From Raja brachyura (Eukaryota): a stretch of DNA of 64,000 nt. The stretch lies in assembly GCA_963514005.1 (NCBI GenBank), contig OY740827.1:2542001-2606000 (forward strand), read 5' to 3'. The notes beneath the pieces are model-generated. The model did not search any database. It had not been told where the DNA came from and saw nothing but the letters and a program-made list of their open reading frames with translations. Below, one piece after another: positions 1-12,741 of the stretch; within the stretch, counting starts at the first letter, position 1, and every line of letters starts with the position of its first letter. The position numbers were made by a program, and so were the translations under genes.

Positions 1-705
1 AGGACTAATGAAAGCTGATAATGATAACTGCGCAGTCCCTCCTGTTATGGACATATTATTCTAATATTTTAGTACTAATTTTTACTAACAATTATTAATC
101 ATTAAAAACACTTGTTATTACTATTGGAATAATTAGTTGAATACAAGAAATGTTAAAAAAAAGGTATAATTTAGATATCTTATTAATTGGAATTTGTTAT
201 ATTCGATATCTTATTAATTGGAATTTGTTATATTCTTCCTTTATTTACATCAGACTAACACTTGACTAATGATTAACTAAGAGAGTAATAGTCTCTCGCT
301 ATATGATTACTAACACTCTGGACCAAAATAGTTTTAATTCAATCCCGTAAATTACTTATATTCAATTTTTTTTTAAAGCGTGGAGCTAGGAATACATTTT
401 TTTTTCTACGGAAGTCCTTAGATGGTCAGCCACGTTAGTGTGGCTAGCACTAATTATACTGAATTTAGATGTCGTTTCTTTTTTTCCTTACACTTTCTTA
501 ATTTTTTATTTTTTTACTTTTTGTATTTTTTACTTAATTACAATTTAAAAACTTGAATTAATTTACAAATATTATTTGAGGAGATGTGTCCGTGAGGAAG
601 ATTTAATTGAATTAGTTTTACAACTCATCTGTCCTGTGTTCGGGTGGCATGTCGTGTTTACGGTGCTGAGCTATCTGCTCTTTTATAGATCACCCTAACC
701 ACAAG

Positions 706-3700
706 ATGCAAGACGTTAATAGAAAAAACGGGGGTCAAGGAATTATTTTTTGTAGTTGGAATGTTACGGGAATTAATGGGTCAATCAAGAGAGGTAAGGT
801 ATTAGCACACTTAAAATCACTCAAAGCAGGCATAACACTTCTTCAAGAGACGCACCTTAAAAACGACGCACAACATAGATAGAAAGCAAAATGGATCGCT
901 GAAACATATCACTCGTCATTCTCTCATAAGGCCAGAGGTGTCGTAATTTTAATTCGTAAAGGTATACCTTTTAAACACATATCAACTATGGCGGACACCA
1001 ATGGTAGATATATTATACTAGTGGGTGAATTATATTTTTAAAAAGTGATTTTTCTCAATGTCTATGGACCAAATTTTGATAATCCTTTGTTTTTTAAGAA
1101 AATACTTAATACTCTCCCGGAGCTCACACAACATAATTTGATAATCGGTGGAGATTTAACTTGTACACTAGATTCCTATCTTGATAGATCATCAAGACAA
1201 AGAAAAGCAAAATCCAAGACGCGAATTATTAAACTCATACATCAATACTACCAATATCAAGGATGTTTGGAGAATTGAAAACCCATATGGAAGGGAATAC
1301 TCATTTTACTCATCAGTACATAAAACCTATTCAAGGATAGACTACTTTTTAGTAGATTCTAAGCTTATCCCACTTATTTATAATTCGAAATATCATAATA
1401 ATATAATTTCGGACCATGCTCCTTTAACATTTATGATCAAACTAAGTGGAATGACTGATAAGCAGACACAATGGAGACTCAATCCTCAAATTTTAAATGA
1501 TAAAGCATGTTACGAATATCGTATCAAACAGATAAAAATTCTTGCACTCAAATATAAATTAAACCAAATATACTAAGACCAAATCATAAAATCTTATCAA
1601 AAGACTAAACAGTTACACTTTGAATTTGGTGATAAACCACAAACATTACTGGCACGCCAACTCCGGAAACAGGAAGGGGAAAAAACAATACATAAAATTA
1701 AAGCAGATACGGGAGAAATATTAACACTACCCAAGGATATTAATGATAGATTCTCTCACTACCATCAAACACTTTACTCAACCAAAACGGCAGTGGGATC
1801 TGCAGGAATGGAATTATTCTTACAGAATTGTAACCTTACTGGTTTAGACTTGAAAGAGAGGGAATTATTAGGGGCTGAAATATCAGTAAAAGATATTGAA
1901 GAATCTATTATTTCTTTACAAAATGGAAAGGCCGCTGGCCCAGATGGGTTAAATAGTGAATTTTATAAAATATTTCATGATTTGATCTCGCCACGCCTAC
2001 AGACATTATATACTCAAGCATTCATGCAACAGAAACTTCCAGAAACTTTAAATGAATCAACAATAATACTTATACCAAAAATGGATAAGGACCTTGAAGA
2101 CCCAGGTTCATATGGAGCAATTGCTCTCTTAAACACCGATCAGAAAATATTAACCAAAATTTTAGCACATAGATTAAGCTTAGTGATTCATAAATTAATA
2201 CACCCCAATCAAACTGGCTTTATTCCAAAACGTTATTCATATTATAATCTGAGACGATTATTTAACATTATATACTCAAATCGAATAGCTAATGTAGATT
2301 TATCAGTCATTTCGCGAGATGCTGAGAAAGCATTCGATCAAGTTGAATGGCCCTATTTATTTTCGGTGAGAATTAGGTGAGAAGTTTTGTACTTGGGTTA
2401 AGCTGCTATATACCAACCCAACAGCCAGAATAATGGCAAATCAAATGTTATCAAAAAAAATTGATTTATCTAAAGGTTGTAGACAAGGATGCCCGCTATC
2501 CTCATTACTATTCACCCTTGCTATTGAACCACTAGCAGAAAGAGTTCGAGCACATCCAGAAATATATGAGTATAACACTAAAAATACAGTTAATAAAATT
2601 TCTCTATATGCAGATGATGTATTACTATATATTACAAATCCAGAAATTAGCATCCCTAACCTGTTAAATCTTATAACTCAATTTGGTTTATTCTCAGGAT
2701 ACAGAATATATTGGAATAAGAGTGAGATTATGCCAATAATGGAACCTAATTTATATATATTGCAACAATCACCTTTTAAAATAGTGAATGAAAAATTTAA
2801 ATACTTAGGAATTTATGTGTCCAAGAAATATACTTCTTTATTTAAATCATTGCATAAGAATATTCAATATTGGAAAACACTTCACTTTTCAATGCTCGGT
2901 AAAATTAATGCTATTAAAATGACTTTCCTTCCTCAACTTCTATACCTCTTTCAATCAATTCCAATATATCTCCGTAGAAATGTCAATGTCAAAAACTTAA
3001 ATTTCTGGTTGGAAGATATGGATCAACAACCAGACTGGTTAAAGATGGAAAAGGAGGATTGTCTGCCATTTGAAATTGGCCCGATTCTGTTAACTCCTAC
3101 AAAATTGAATTAAAAATTCTATAGTGAAAATCCAATAATACATAGTGGTATTCGAATTTGGAAACAAATAAAAAAGACATTAAAATTGGATAATTTATCA
3201 CTTTCGCTCCCTATTGCAAATAACCCTTCATTTAAGCCTTCACTATTGGATAAAGGTTTTGCACAATGGAAAAATTATGGAATTAAAAAGATGGGACATC
3301 TTTATAGAAAAGATATGTTTCTTTCGTTTCAGGAGGTACAACAGAATTATGGATTACATTCAAACAATTTTTTTAGATATTTACAACTGAAAGATTATGT
3401 TAAATCACATACCCAAGAATACAGAACTAGAGAGCCAGAGATTCTAGATGAATGTTTGAATAAACACCCCAACACAGTCAAGTTAATATCTTACATTTAT
3501 AATATTCTTTTAGATAGTGAGAATCCGTCGACGGAATTACATAGACAAGCATGGGAAAACGAATCAGTTCAACCCACAGCGAAAGATATTTGGGATGAAA
3601 GTTTACAACATATACATCAATGTTCGTTAAACGCCAGACATTCTTTAATACAATTTAAAATATTACATAGATTGCATTATTCTAACACAAAATTAAATAG

Positions 3701-4109
3701 CATTTTTCCTAATATTTCTCCTATCTGCGATAAATGTCAATATTCTGAGGCTAATTTAACCCATACCTTTGTCAGTTGCATAAAAATGAAAACATTTTGG
3801 GTGGATATTTGTTTAATTATTTACGTAGTGGTTAATACCCAACTGGAGCCCGATCCTAAATTAATAATACTGGGCATATCTGAACAATACCTAAAACTTA
3901 CAATAAACCAAAGAAATTTCCTTGATTATAGTATAATAACTGGGAAAAAATTAATATTAAAATTTTGGAAAAACCCTGCATCCCCCACAATCAAAATTAT
4001 GGAGATGTCGGAGACCTTAAATCTGGAAAAATTTTGATTTGTCTTAATTGACAAACCAGAATTATTTACTAGAATATGGTCTCCGTTCATAAATTATTTG
4101 AAGGGGTGA
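706..4109 (+). mobile_element. L1-clade LINE, degenerate ORF2 (APE endonuclease, RT, C-terminal Cys-rich); AT-rich inter-ORF region upstream, 3'UTR to ~4470
   Basis: ATG at 706 (MQDVNRK..FCSWNV). Motifs LQETHL, YSRIDY, SDH, GPDG, DAEKAFD, RQGCPLS, LYADD and CDKC..HTF..C lie across ORF pieces 1045-4037 broken by stops and frameshifts. Confidence 0.92.
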
Positions 4110-4471
4110 AATGGGCTGACGCTGATACCTGACGGAAGCTTGAACCCAGGACTAGATGAATAGTTATGTTTTCTTACCTACGGACATATCTCCTAAGTTG
4201 TATTATGGATAGTTTATTCTATTTTTCTAATTTTCTTTTCTTTTTCTTTATTTTTTCTATCTATTCAAAAAAACAATAATAATTAGAGTCAATGTTAATA
4301 TGTAACCGATAAATGAAGACCCCCAGCTACATTGGTAGCGGAGTCCCTGGAATCCTGGATATTAAATATGTAACCATTTAACAAAGTTTGTAGTGGTTCG
4401 GACTATGCTATGTACATGCCTCAAATACAATTTTACTATAAAAAAAATTAAATTAAATTTTTTTTTTAAAA

Positions 4472-6252
4472 AGAATGGATGTTGGATCACAAGTATTCAA
4501 TGACATTGTGGGCTTGATGGAACACCAAAAGATCGAGATGTTTGCATCTAGGCTCTATCACCAGTTGCAAAATATGTGGCATATCAGTGGCGATGGATGC
4601 ATTCTCGCTACACTGGGGAGGAATGTTCTTTATGTCTTCCTCCATTTTGCCTCATCAGATGGGTCTTGCAAAATTCAGCAATTTCCCGCTTCAGACATTT
4701 TCGTAGTGCCTGACTGGCCTATACAGCCATGGTTCCCACTGATGTTGGGAATGATAATAGAACCTTATATAGTTATTTCAAGACACAACAATTGTGGTTA
4801 GCCATGACTCGGGAAACCATCCTCTGCATTATATAATCAATTCATTGACTTGCAGATTGGGAAGATCATTCCTGTGGCTCGGGCTTTTGTACCAAACTAT
4901 GGATGTGCTCACTGCAAATGCAGGGATAGCACCAAATAAGCAGCACTTCCTCATAAGGAGATGGGAAGTATTTTTGTTTTATACTAATATTACCTATCAT
5001 TCTGCACGGATGACTGGTGTCTTGAAGTTCAGTGCTGTATGGGGTTTGACAATCATTAATTTAAAGTGCCATTTACTGTGCCTAACGTGCCTACTCATCA
5101 TATTGGTTGCAGAAAGCAGAATCCACTCTGTCGGGTCTCACCTTCAGATATCTAGATTATGAAGGGTATCTTCAACTCGAAACCTCCCAGACCAGGTAAC
5201 CAGATATATGGGATGTTAACATTGGAACATACCTGTCCTTGGTCAAACTCACTTGCAAAGTGGTTATGCTCATGGCGCTGAGTACAGCGCAACGGGTCCA
5301 GTCTTTGCATAGCCGTGACTGGACAGGATGATTATATCTGCAGGAAATATAACATTTATGTTTATGACTTAGTCAAGCAAATACACCTGGGACATCAGGT
5401 CTCAAACTAGATTTGTTGGCATATCCCATGGACCTTCGGTTGTGTGTGGCCACACATCTACACCATTATGTTAAGGCCACCAGAGCCTTAGAGACTCTGA
5501 ACTAGCAATGTTTGTTAAGTCACATAAAGCCCATAAGAATGTATCACTACAGACCACCTCCAGGTGGTTAAAATGGGTTCTGGGTTACAGGAGTGAACTC
5601 TGACATTTTAAGTCTCACTCCACCTAGGCTGCAACAATATCAGCAGCAGGGTTATGGACGTTTCACAGGACCACATCCTAGCAGCTGCAGGATGGTCAAA
5701 CGAACGATCTTTTCCAAAACATGTTAGAACTAACCCATTGCCAGACCGGGGGTATTTGCCAACTCTATTTTAGGTCCTGTTTATAGTTTCCTCACAGTTG
5801 AGGAAGGTTACTATTATCATTATTTGCTCATTAAAAGCATCAACATGTCCATATCTATGTCATGTCTGAATGCATTATTAATGTTCACTCATCATTAGCC
5901 AACTGATGCAGCTTTGAAATCTTCACGAAGTCACTCACGTGACTCCGAAGTAAAATAGTAAGATTAAACAAGAACGTACCAGTTTGAAGTTTGATCTTTA
6001 TTTTATGAGGAGTTACGTTGAGGGATTACGTGCCCTCCGCGCCCAACCCTCTATCATAAAGGTCAACTGGTATTTTAGTTCTCTTATCATACTATATTTA
6101 GGTCAACTTCTGTCATCTGTGATTTCACACCGCTGCTTTGATGAATGTTGCACATGCGTGCTGCCGGGGTCTTCACGTAGTCCCTCAACGTAACTACTCC
6201 TAAAATAAAGATCAAACTTCAAACTGCTAAGTTCTCATTTAATCTTACTATT
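4472..6252 (+). mobile_element. DIRS1-like retrotransposon, degenerate 3' remnant (element C): MT end, YR relic, ICR, right terminus
   Basis: FASRL..PDWPIQPW (MT-like) and AQRVQSL/HST/AGW relics. ICR 5920-6032 is complementary to the right end 6173-6252. Terminus CTTACT-ATT matches the other two DIRS copies. Confidence 0.88.
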
Positions 6253-6329
6253 TTAGTTCTGTCGGACGGACCTGCCGACTAATGTCGATGCTTTTGCACC
6301 GCCTCCCTTGCCACCTCTCGATCTGATAT

Positions 6330-6645
6330 AAATATTGACTTCTCTAACTTCAAGTAACCCCTGCATTCCGTCTCTCTCCATCCCTCCCCCACCCAAGTCG
6401 CACCAGCTTCTCGTTCTCACACAGTAAACCACTAACAATGGCCTGCTTTCTTTACCATTGTTACTTATTTTGCATATCTTTCATTCATTTGTTTTATATC
6501 TCTCTACATCACCGTCCATATCTCTCCTTTCCCTCGCCCCGACTCTCAGTGTGAAGAAGGGCCTCAACCCGAAACGTCACCCATTCCTTCTTTGCAGAGA
6601 TGCTGCCCGTCCTGCTGAGTTACTCCAGCCCTTTGTGTCTAACCC
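6330..6645 (+). mobile_element. Penelope-like 3' remnant with degenerate hammerhead core
   Basis: attgacttctctaacttcaagtaa (GIY-YIG end), then gtgaagaagggcctcaacccgaaacgtc and gatgctgcc..ctgagttactccagc. Confidence 0.7.
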
Positions 6646-6884
6646 CCCCCAGATCCGCTGAGTTCCTCCAGCATTTGTTTTCTCGATGAATAAAGGGAGT
6701 GTTTTGAACCCTCAGCTTTGGAGAACTCTGCGATACATTTCCATTCATTCTGTGAAAGAACATTTTCATTTTTAGCAATAAATTTCCTGTCACAACTTCT
6801 GTCTACTTCCTAATATATCAAGTGCACTGGGCCTCTCGAGTTTCTGCCACTTCATAAGTTATAGTGATAATGGTAATATAGAGA

Positions 6885-7590
6885 GCAAACTCAATGCTAG
6901 CATATATGTCAATAGGGCTTGTATACAAAAAGAGGGATATAACGCTGAGGCTCAATAGGGTGCTGGTAATATTTGGAATATTGTGAGCAATTTTGGGCAT
7001 CGTATCTGAGGAAGGATGTGCTGGCTCTGGAGAGGGTCAAGAGGAGGTTTACAAGCATGATCCCAAGAATCACAAGGTTAACCTATGATAAGCGTTTGTC
7101 GGCACTGGGCCTGTACTCGCTGGAGTTAAGAAGAATGAAGGAGGGCCTCATTGAAACATACAGATTAGTGAAAGGCTTGGATAGAGTCGATGTGGAGAGG
7201 ATGTTTCCACCAATGGGTGAGTCGAGGAATAGAGGTCACAGCCTCAGAATTAAAAGACGTTCTTCTACTACTATTCCTCATGATAGGAGCCGAATTAAAC
7301 CATTCGGCCCATGAAGAGTACACCGACATTCAACCATGGTAGGTCTATCTTTCCCTCCCTACCGCATTCTCCTGCCTTTTCCCCATAACCCGACACCCGT
7401 ACTAATGAAGAATCTATCTAGTGTATTTTGTACCTTAAAAAATATTAATTGACGGCCTCCACAGCCTTCTGTTGCAAAGAATTCCATAGATTCGACACCC
7501 TCTGACAAGAAATTCCTCGTTATCGCCTCCCCACAAGAACGTGCTTCAATTCTGAGGCTGAGACCTCTGGTCTTAGATTCTCCCACCTAT
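6885..7590. mobile_element. Two CR1 3' fragments (+ 6885-7265, - 7295-7590)
   Basis: EYCEQFW..LRKDVLALERV..LGLYSLE..RGHSL CR1 C-terminal motifs. Confidence 0.85.
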
Positions 7591-8100
7591 TCTTGATATT
7601 CTTGGACAGAAGTAGCGTAGACAGAGTGCAGCGCAGGTTTACAAGGTTAATTCCCGGGATGGCGAGACTGTCATATGCTGAGAGAATGGAGCGGCTGGGC
7701 TTATACACTCTGGAGTTTAGAAGGATGAGAGGGTATCTCATTGAAACATATAAGATTGTTAAGGGTTTGGACACACTAGAGGCAGGAAACATGTTCCCGA
7801 TGTTGGGGGAGTCCAGAACAAGGGGCCACAGTTTAAGAATAAAGAGTAAGCCATTTAGAACGGAGACGAGGAAATACTTTTTCTCACACAGAGTGGTGTC
7901 CGTGGAATTTCATTTCGGAGTCACGTGAGTGACTTCGTGAAGAGCCCGCCGGCGCGCATGCTCGACATATCGTCGTACCCCGTTGCTGCGACGGCTGACG
8001 GAGGAGCGTGCTCCTCGCCAGCCCTTCATAAGGGAACCACGCAGGTAAGTATGCTACCTTAAGTGGGTGGTTCTTGTTGTGTTTGCTTCACAGCAAGAAC

Positions 8101-9834
8101 ATGGATGGGAGTTTGAAAGGCCGGAGATCGGGGAGAAGTCACCGGCCAGCAGTTCCGGAGCGAGAGTTGTCGGGGGTACCTGCAACGCAGACCGGAACGA
8201 GGGCGGAGATGTCGGTGAGCTCTGTTTTTTCAGGTCCGGACCCGCCCGCACACCACAGCTCGGAGGAGTTCGACGAGGAGGAGTGTGGTGTGCCGCCAGA
8301 GAAGGACGACCCTGCCATGGCAGTCAGGTCGTCAGCAGGCTTGCTGACGGCCTCGAGCAGAAGGGTCCGTGCGGCTGCACGGCCCGCTTCACGAAGCCCC
8401 CTGAGGAGGGGGAGGGCAGGAGCCCAAAAGCCTAACCCTGTCGGGGCTAAGGCTCTGCCTGTCGCCAAGGAGCGGACAGGTTCCAGGACGGGACCCGGGG
8501 CAGCTGTGAGGTCCAGCCGTCGCCCCCCAACTTCCGACGCCGGGACGAGCCAGTTGGGGGTCCCGTCACGGTCGCCGAGCCCCCCATGGATGGGTGGGCG
8601 AGACCATGCGTCGGCAAGGTCCACGATGTGGGCAGCTGGCAAGCCTGCACGGGCCCAAGGTATCCAGGCTTCGGCTGGTGCCGACACCATGCCGCATCTG
8701 TCCGTAGAGGCAACGGCTTCCGCTCCCGCTAAACGGAGGCGGTTGAACACGCCCGTGCAGGAATCGCGCAGTTTCGCCTCGGCGGCTGTCGACGACAACT
8801 ACCGGCACCGGCAGGGCCTCGACGAGGTGCGGGCCGATGACAGGAGCCCCGGCCAATTTTCAGAGCTGGAGGACTCCGACCACCTGAGTGTTCAGGGTGA
8901 AGGGCGTATTGACCGTATAGAGCGGCTGCTGGAACGTCTCATTCAACAACAACAGGCATCCAGCAGCGACAGGCACAGGGCTTCATCACCAGCTTCATAC
9001 ACCAGCCTGGAGCAGCAGGACGAGGAGGCAGTGGTCGATCCCATCCCACCCCCGCCTGAATTACCGGCGGAGGACCTCCTCGATGTGGCCACCAAGTTTG
9101 CAGCCCCTCATTCCTTGGGGCTTCCTATCAATACAAAACTGGCAGCCACTGTGGACTTCCTAAATAATCACCAGCTTCAGGAGGAAGTTCTACTACAAGC
9201 CATGAGCCGTCACAAGGCTCCATCAAACTGCAACTCCCTCAACGTGCCTGTGGTCAATACGCCAATATGGGGCAACATCAGTGCGGCTATCCGTCAGCAG
9301 GAGCTAAAGATTCAGCGGATCCTGAAACTCCTCACGGCCGGGATTACTGCCTTTGTGCGGTCGGTCGACGGAGAGGAGCTTAATTTGGACCAGGAGGATG
9401 CTCTGGCGCTTCTATGCGCTACTCAAAACGAAATCAACGGCTTTCGGAAAAATAACATCCGCCCAGCGCTCAACCCCAAATTTGCAGGGTTGTGCAAACC
9501 ACCGCCGCCGCCGCCGCCCCGTCAGCTCTTTGGCGAAGACCTTTCCAAAAGGGTCAGAGAGCTTGATGAACAAGCCAAGACCGTGGGGCTCATGCGCTCT
9601 CAGAGTGCCCCCATGCCATCGAGCTCCAAAGCTCCGCTTGGCCGCTCATGAGGGTCTGCCAGCACGTCTACCAGGAATTACCCTCCAGCTCCAAACCGAT
9701 ATCAACCACCCCAACCACAGGGGTCTTTTTTAGGACAGGCTCGGCAGAAGCCGAGATGGAAAATGAGGACGCCACGACCTCAAACCAACCCAGCACCTCT
9801 ACGTCCTCCCACTCGTGTCAGGGACCGCCGGTAA
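8101..9834 (+). CDS. DIRS Gag-like ORF1 (premature TGA at 9649-9651; ancestral stop TAA 9832-9834)
   Basis: ATG at 8101. P.NC..L.VP.VN..IW and LFGEDL..RV.EL motifs. The frame continues past the TGA to SFLGQ..RDRR*, matching element B (PFLGQ..RDRR*). Confidence 0.8.
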
Positions 9835-11764
9835 CCACAGAGGTGAGGCGGTCTGGTTCTCTTTTTTCTCTTTGTTTAACTTCACATGTTGGTGGGCGTT
9901 TGCGGTTGTTTGCGGGTGCATGGGGTGATATTACCAGTGATGAGTATGTGTTACGGAATATTCAGGGCCATAGCATTGAGTTTATTAATGGGGACATCCC
10001 TCCGTCTCAGCATAGACCGGGTCGTATGTTTAAACTAACGGCTGCGGAACAGTCCGTAGGCTATAAGGAAATTTTAAGGTTGGAACAGAAAGGGGTCATA
10101 GAGAAAACGGTTCATGAGCCTGTTGAATTTGTTTCCAATATTTTTACCCGACCTAAGAAAGATGGAGGCTGTAGAGTCATTATTGATCTAACCACTCTGA
10201 ATAACTTTGTAACATATACTCATTTTAAAATGGACACGTTTGAAACGGCCAAATTATTGATCTCACAAGGGTGCTTTATGGCATGTATTGATTTACAGGA
10301 TGCATACTATACCGTACCCATGCAACAATATTACAGAAGGTTCTTGAAATTTATCTGGATGGACCAGCTGTGGCAATATAGGGCGTTGCCTAATGGGCTC
10401 ACCACAGCCCTCGATTATTTACTAAATTGGTGAAGCCAATTATGGCTTATTTAAGACAACGACATCATATCGTTATGGCCTATTTAGATGATATTTTAAT
10501 TATCGGACACACCTTGGAATCAGCTCAACAAGGGGTTGCAGCTGCGGTCAATTTGTTCCAACAGCTTGGGTTCATTGTTCATCCAGAAAAATCTAAGTTC
10601 TGCCCCACCCAGGTAATTAATTATCTGGGGTTCCAGGTGAATTCCATTAGCATGAGAGTCACCATACCAATTAACAAAATTGAGGAGGTAACACAGGTGT
10701 GTACAGATTTAATCAATACTCGTATACCATCGATTCGTCACACAGCTACTGTCATTGGCAAGATTGTGGCTTTGTTTCCGGCAGCCCGGTATGGACCTCT
10801 GCATTATCAAAACTTGCAGAGAGCCAAGATCGCTGCGCTGCGACGGCATGCTGGTCATTATGATCGATCAATGCAGCTGCCACCTGCAGCATTGGATGAG
10901 TTACGATGGTGGGTTTGCCACATTAATAACTCGTTTAAAACTATTATTGAGGCGAAACCGATGATATACTTACAAACTGATGCGAGCTCTGATGGCTGGG
11001 GAGCTACGAATCAACATTCTAGTTGTGGGGGCCGATGGGATACCCTTGAGAATACGATGTTGGTATCACAAGGGATCAACTATTTGGAGCTGCTTGCAGC
11101 GTTTCACGGACTTCGTGCATATTGTTCCAAGATCTTTGGAGCACATGTTCGGCTCCAAATAGACAACACCACAGCGGTGGCGTATTTAAACCACATGGGC
11201 GGTACCAGGTCAGTTTCATGTGATAAATTGGCTAATTCAATTTGGCTCTGGTGTGTCAAGAGAGACATTTGGATTTCAGCCACCTATTTGCCAGGTGAGC
11301 TTAATTTTGTGGCGGACGCCAGGTCACGCAAGTTCAATGATAATATTCAATGGATGTTACATCCTGAAATTTTTGCAAAAATCACAGCCAAATTTGGGAA
11401 ACCGGACATTGACCTTTTTGCGTCCCGGTTGAACCATCAGGTACCAACCTACGTTTCGTGGGAACCAGATCCTGGGGCTATAGCGTTAGATGCATTCTCG
11501 CTAGACTGGGGGAATTGCTTTTTCTATGCATTCCCTCCGTTTTGCCTCGTCAGTCGGGTATTACGTAAAATTCAGATGGATGGTGCCAAGGGCATCCTTA
11601 TCATACCCGACTGGCCTACACAGCCGTGGTATCCGATGGTCTTTGACACGCTCAGTGAACCTTGGGTCCGTTTGCAGGGTAGCCCAGAATTAGTTACTCA
11701 CCCTGTTTCAGGGGAGCCACATCCCTGCCATGGCTATTTAAATTTGTTGGCTTGCAGATTCTGA
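9756..11764 (+). CDS. DIRS reverse transcriptase / RNase H / Dam-like methyltransferase ORF with a 1-nt frameshift near 10409
   Basis: KKDGG.R.IIDL, HFKMD, DLQDAY, LPNGL, YLDD, TDAS..GWG, INYLEL, DNTTAV, N..AD..SR, DLFAS and YAFPPF motifs. TTAPRLFTKL is broken by one missing base relative to element B. Confidence 0.9.
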
Positions 11765-12741
11765 ATCGGCCTTTAGTTGGATACGGCCTTTCTACCCGGA
11801 CCATGGATACCATTGCGGCGTCGTGCCGAGAGTCTACAAGGCGAAGATACCGCTCTCACATCAGGAAGAGGGAAGCCTTCTGCAGCCGCTCTCGCATCAC
11901 GTACGATGCCGTGACTATAACCGACGTCCTGGAATTCCTCGCGGGGTTGCACCATGATGAACACTTAAGTTACAGTGCCATCAACAGCGCCAGGAGCGCT
12001 CTATCATTCTACCTCAATATTGAGGTGGGATCCAACAGGCTAGTGTCCAGGCTCATGCGGGGTATTTTCAATACGAATCCGCCTACACCACGCTACAATA
12101 TCACCTGGGATGTCAGGGTCGTTTTAACTCTGCTCAGGACGTGGTCCCCCATGGAAGGGCTCCAGCTGGACAAACTCACCATGAAGCTGGTGATGTTACT
12201 AGCGCTGACTTCAGCACAGAGGGTACAGACACTCCATAATCTACGTGTCGACAGAATGATGTCTACCCCCACAGAAGTAGTTTTCTTTGTTGACGAGCTA
12301 CTAAAGCAGCATAGACCTGGGTGCACAGGGCTGCAGCTGAAGTTCCCGGCATACCCCGCAGATGCTAGGCTATGTTTAGCCTCCCACATCCGTTACTACG
12401 TCAAGGTGACGGCAAGCATCAGAGGAATGGAGAGATACCTGCTTGTCACTCATAAGCGACCTCACCATCGAGTGACAACACAGACGATATCCAGGTGGCT
12501 TCGAGTCGTCTTGGGTAAGTCAGGTATCGACACTAATGTGTTCAAATCTCATTCCACCAGGGCTGCATCGACGTCGGCGGCGAGGGTCATGGAGGTGCCC
12601 ATGGACCATATTCTCGCCACAGCAGGATGGGCTAATGAAGCGGTGTTCCAGCGTTTCTACAACCGGCCCGTCGCTGCGCCTCTACAGTTCGCACAAGCCG
12701 TGCTAGATGCGGGGCAAGAACGTGGAGATGTCCCCGAATAA
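11758..12741 (+). CDS. DIRS tyrosine recombinase (YR), open frame
   Basis: Catalytic R (AQRVQ), HSTR, GW and Y (FQRFY) present, plus an N-terminal SAM-like YSAINSARSALS segment. Confidence 0.92.
   Translation: MLNRPLVGYGLSTRTMDTIAASCRESTRRRYRSHIRKREAFCSRSRITYDAVTITDVLEFLAGLHHDEHLSYSAINSARSALSFYLNIEVGSNRLVSRLMRGIFNTNPPTPRYNITWDVRVVLTLLRTWSPMEGLQLDKLTMKLVMLLALTSAQRVQTLHNLRVDRMMSTPTEVVFFVDELLKQHRPGCTGLQLKFPAYPADARLCLASHIRYYVKVTASIRGMERYLLVTHKRPHHRVTTQTISRWLRVVLGKSGIDTNVFKSHSTRAASTSAARVMEVPMDHILATAGWANEAVFQRFYNRPVAAPLQFAQAVLDAGQERGDVPE

Noticed and set aside
175-236. Short (~31-bp) direct tandem repeat
   Set aside because: Local slippage in an AT-rich L1 inter-ORF region.
8139-8856. Antisense ORFs over DIRS gag, and ORFs at 48327-48916
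   Set aside because: Shadow ORFs in GC-rich sequence with no recognisable motifs; the gag-antisense ones are not conserved in element B.
11400-11640. Dam-like methyltransferase next to a phage-type integrase, suggesting prokaryotic DNA or a defence system
   Set aside because: Both are standard DIRS1 domains and lie within the element's ITRs.
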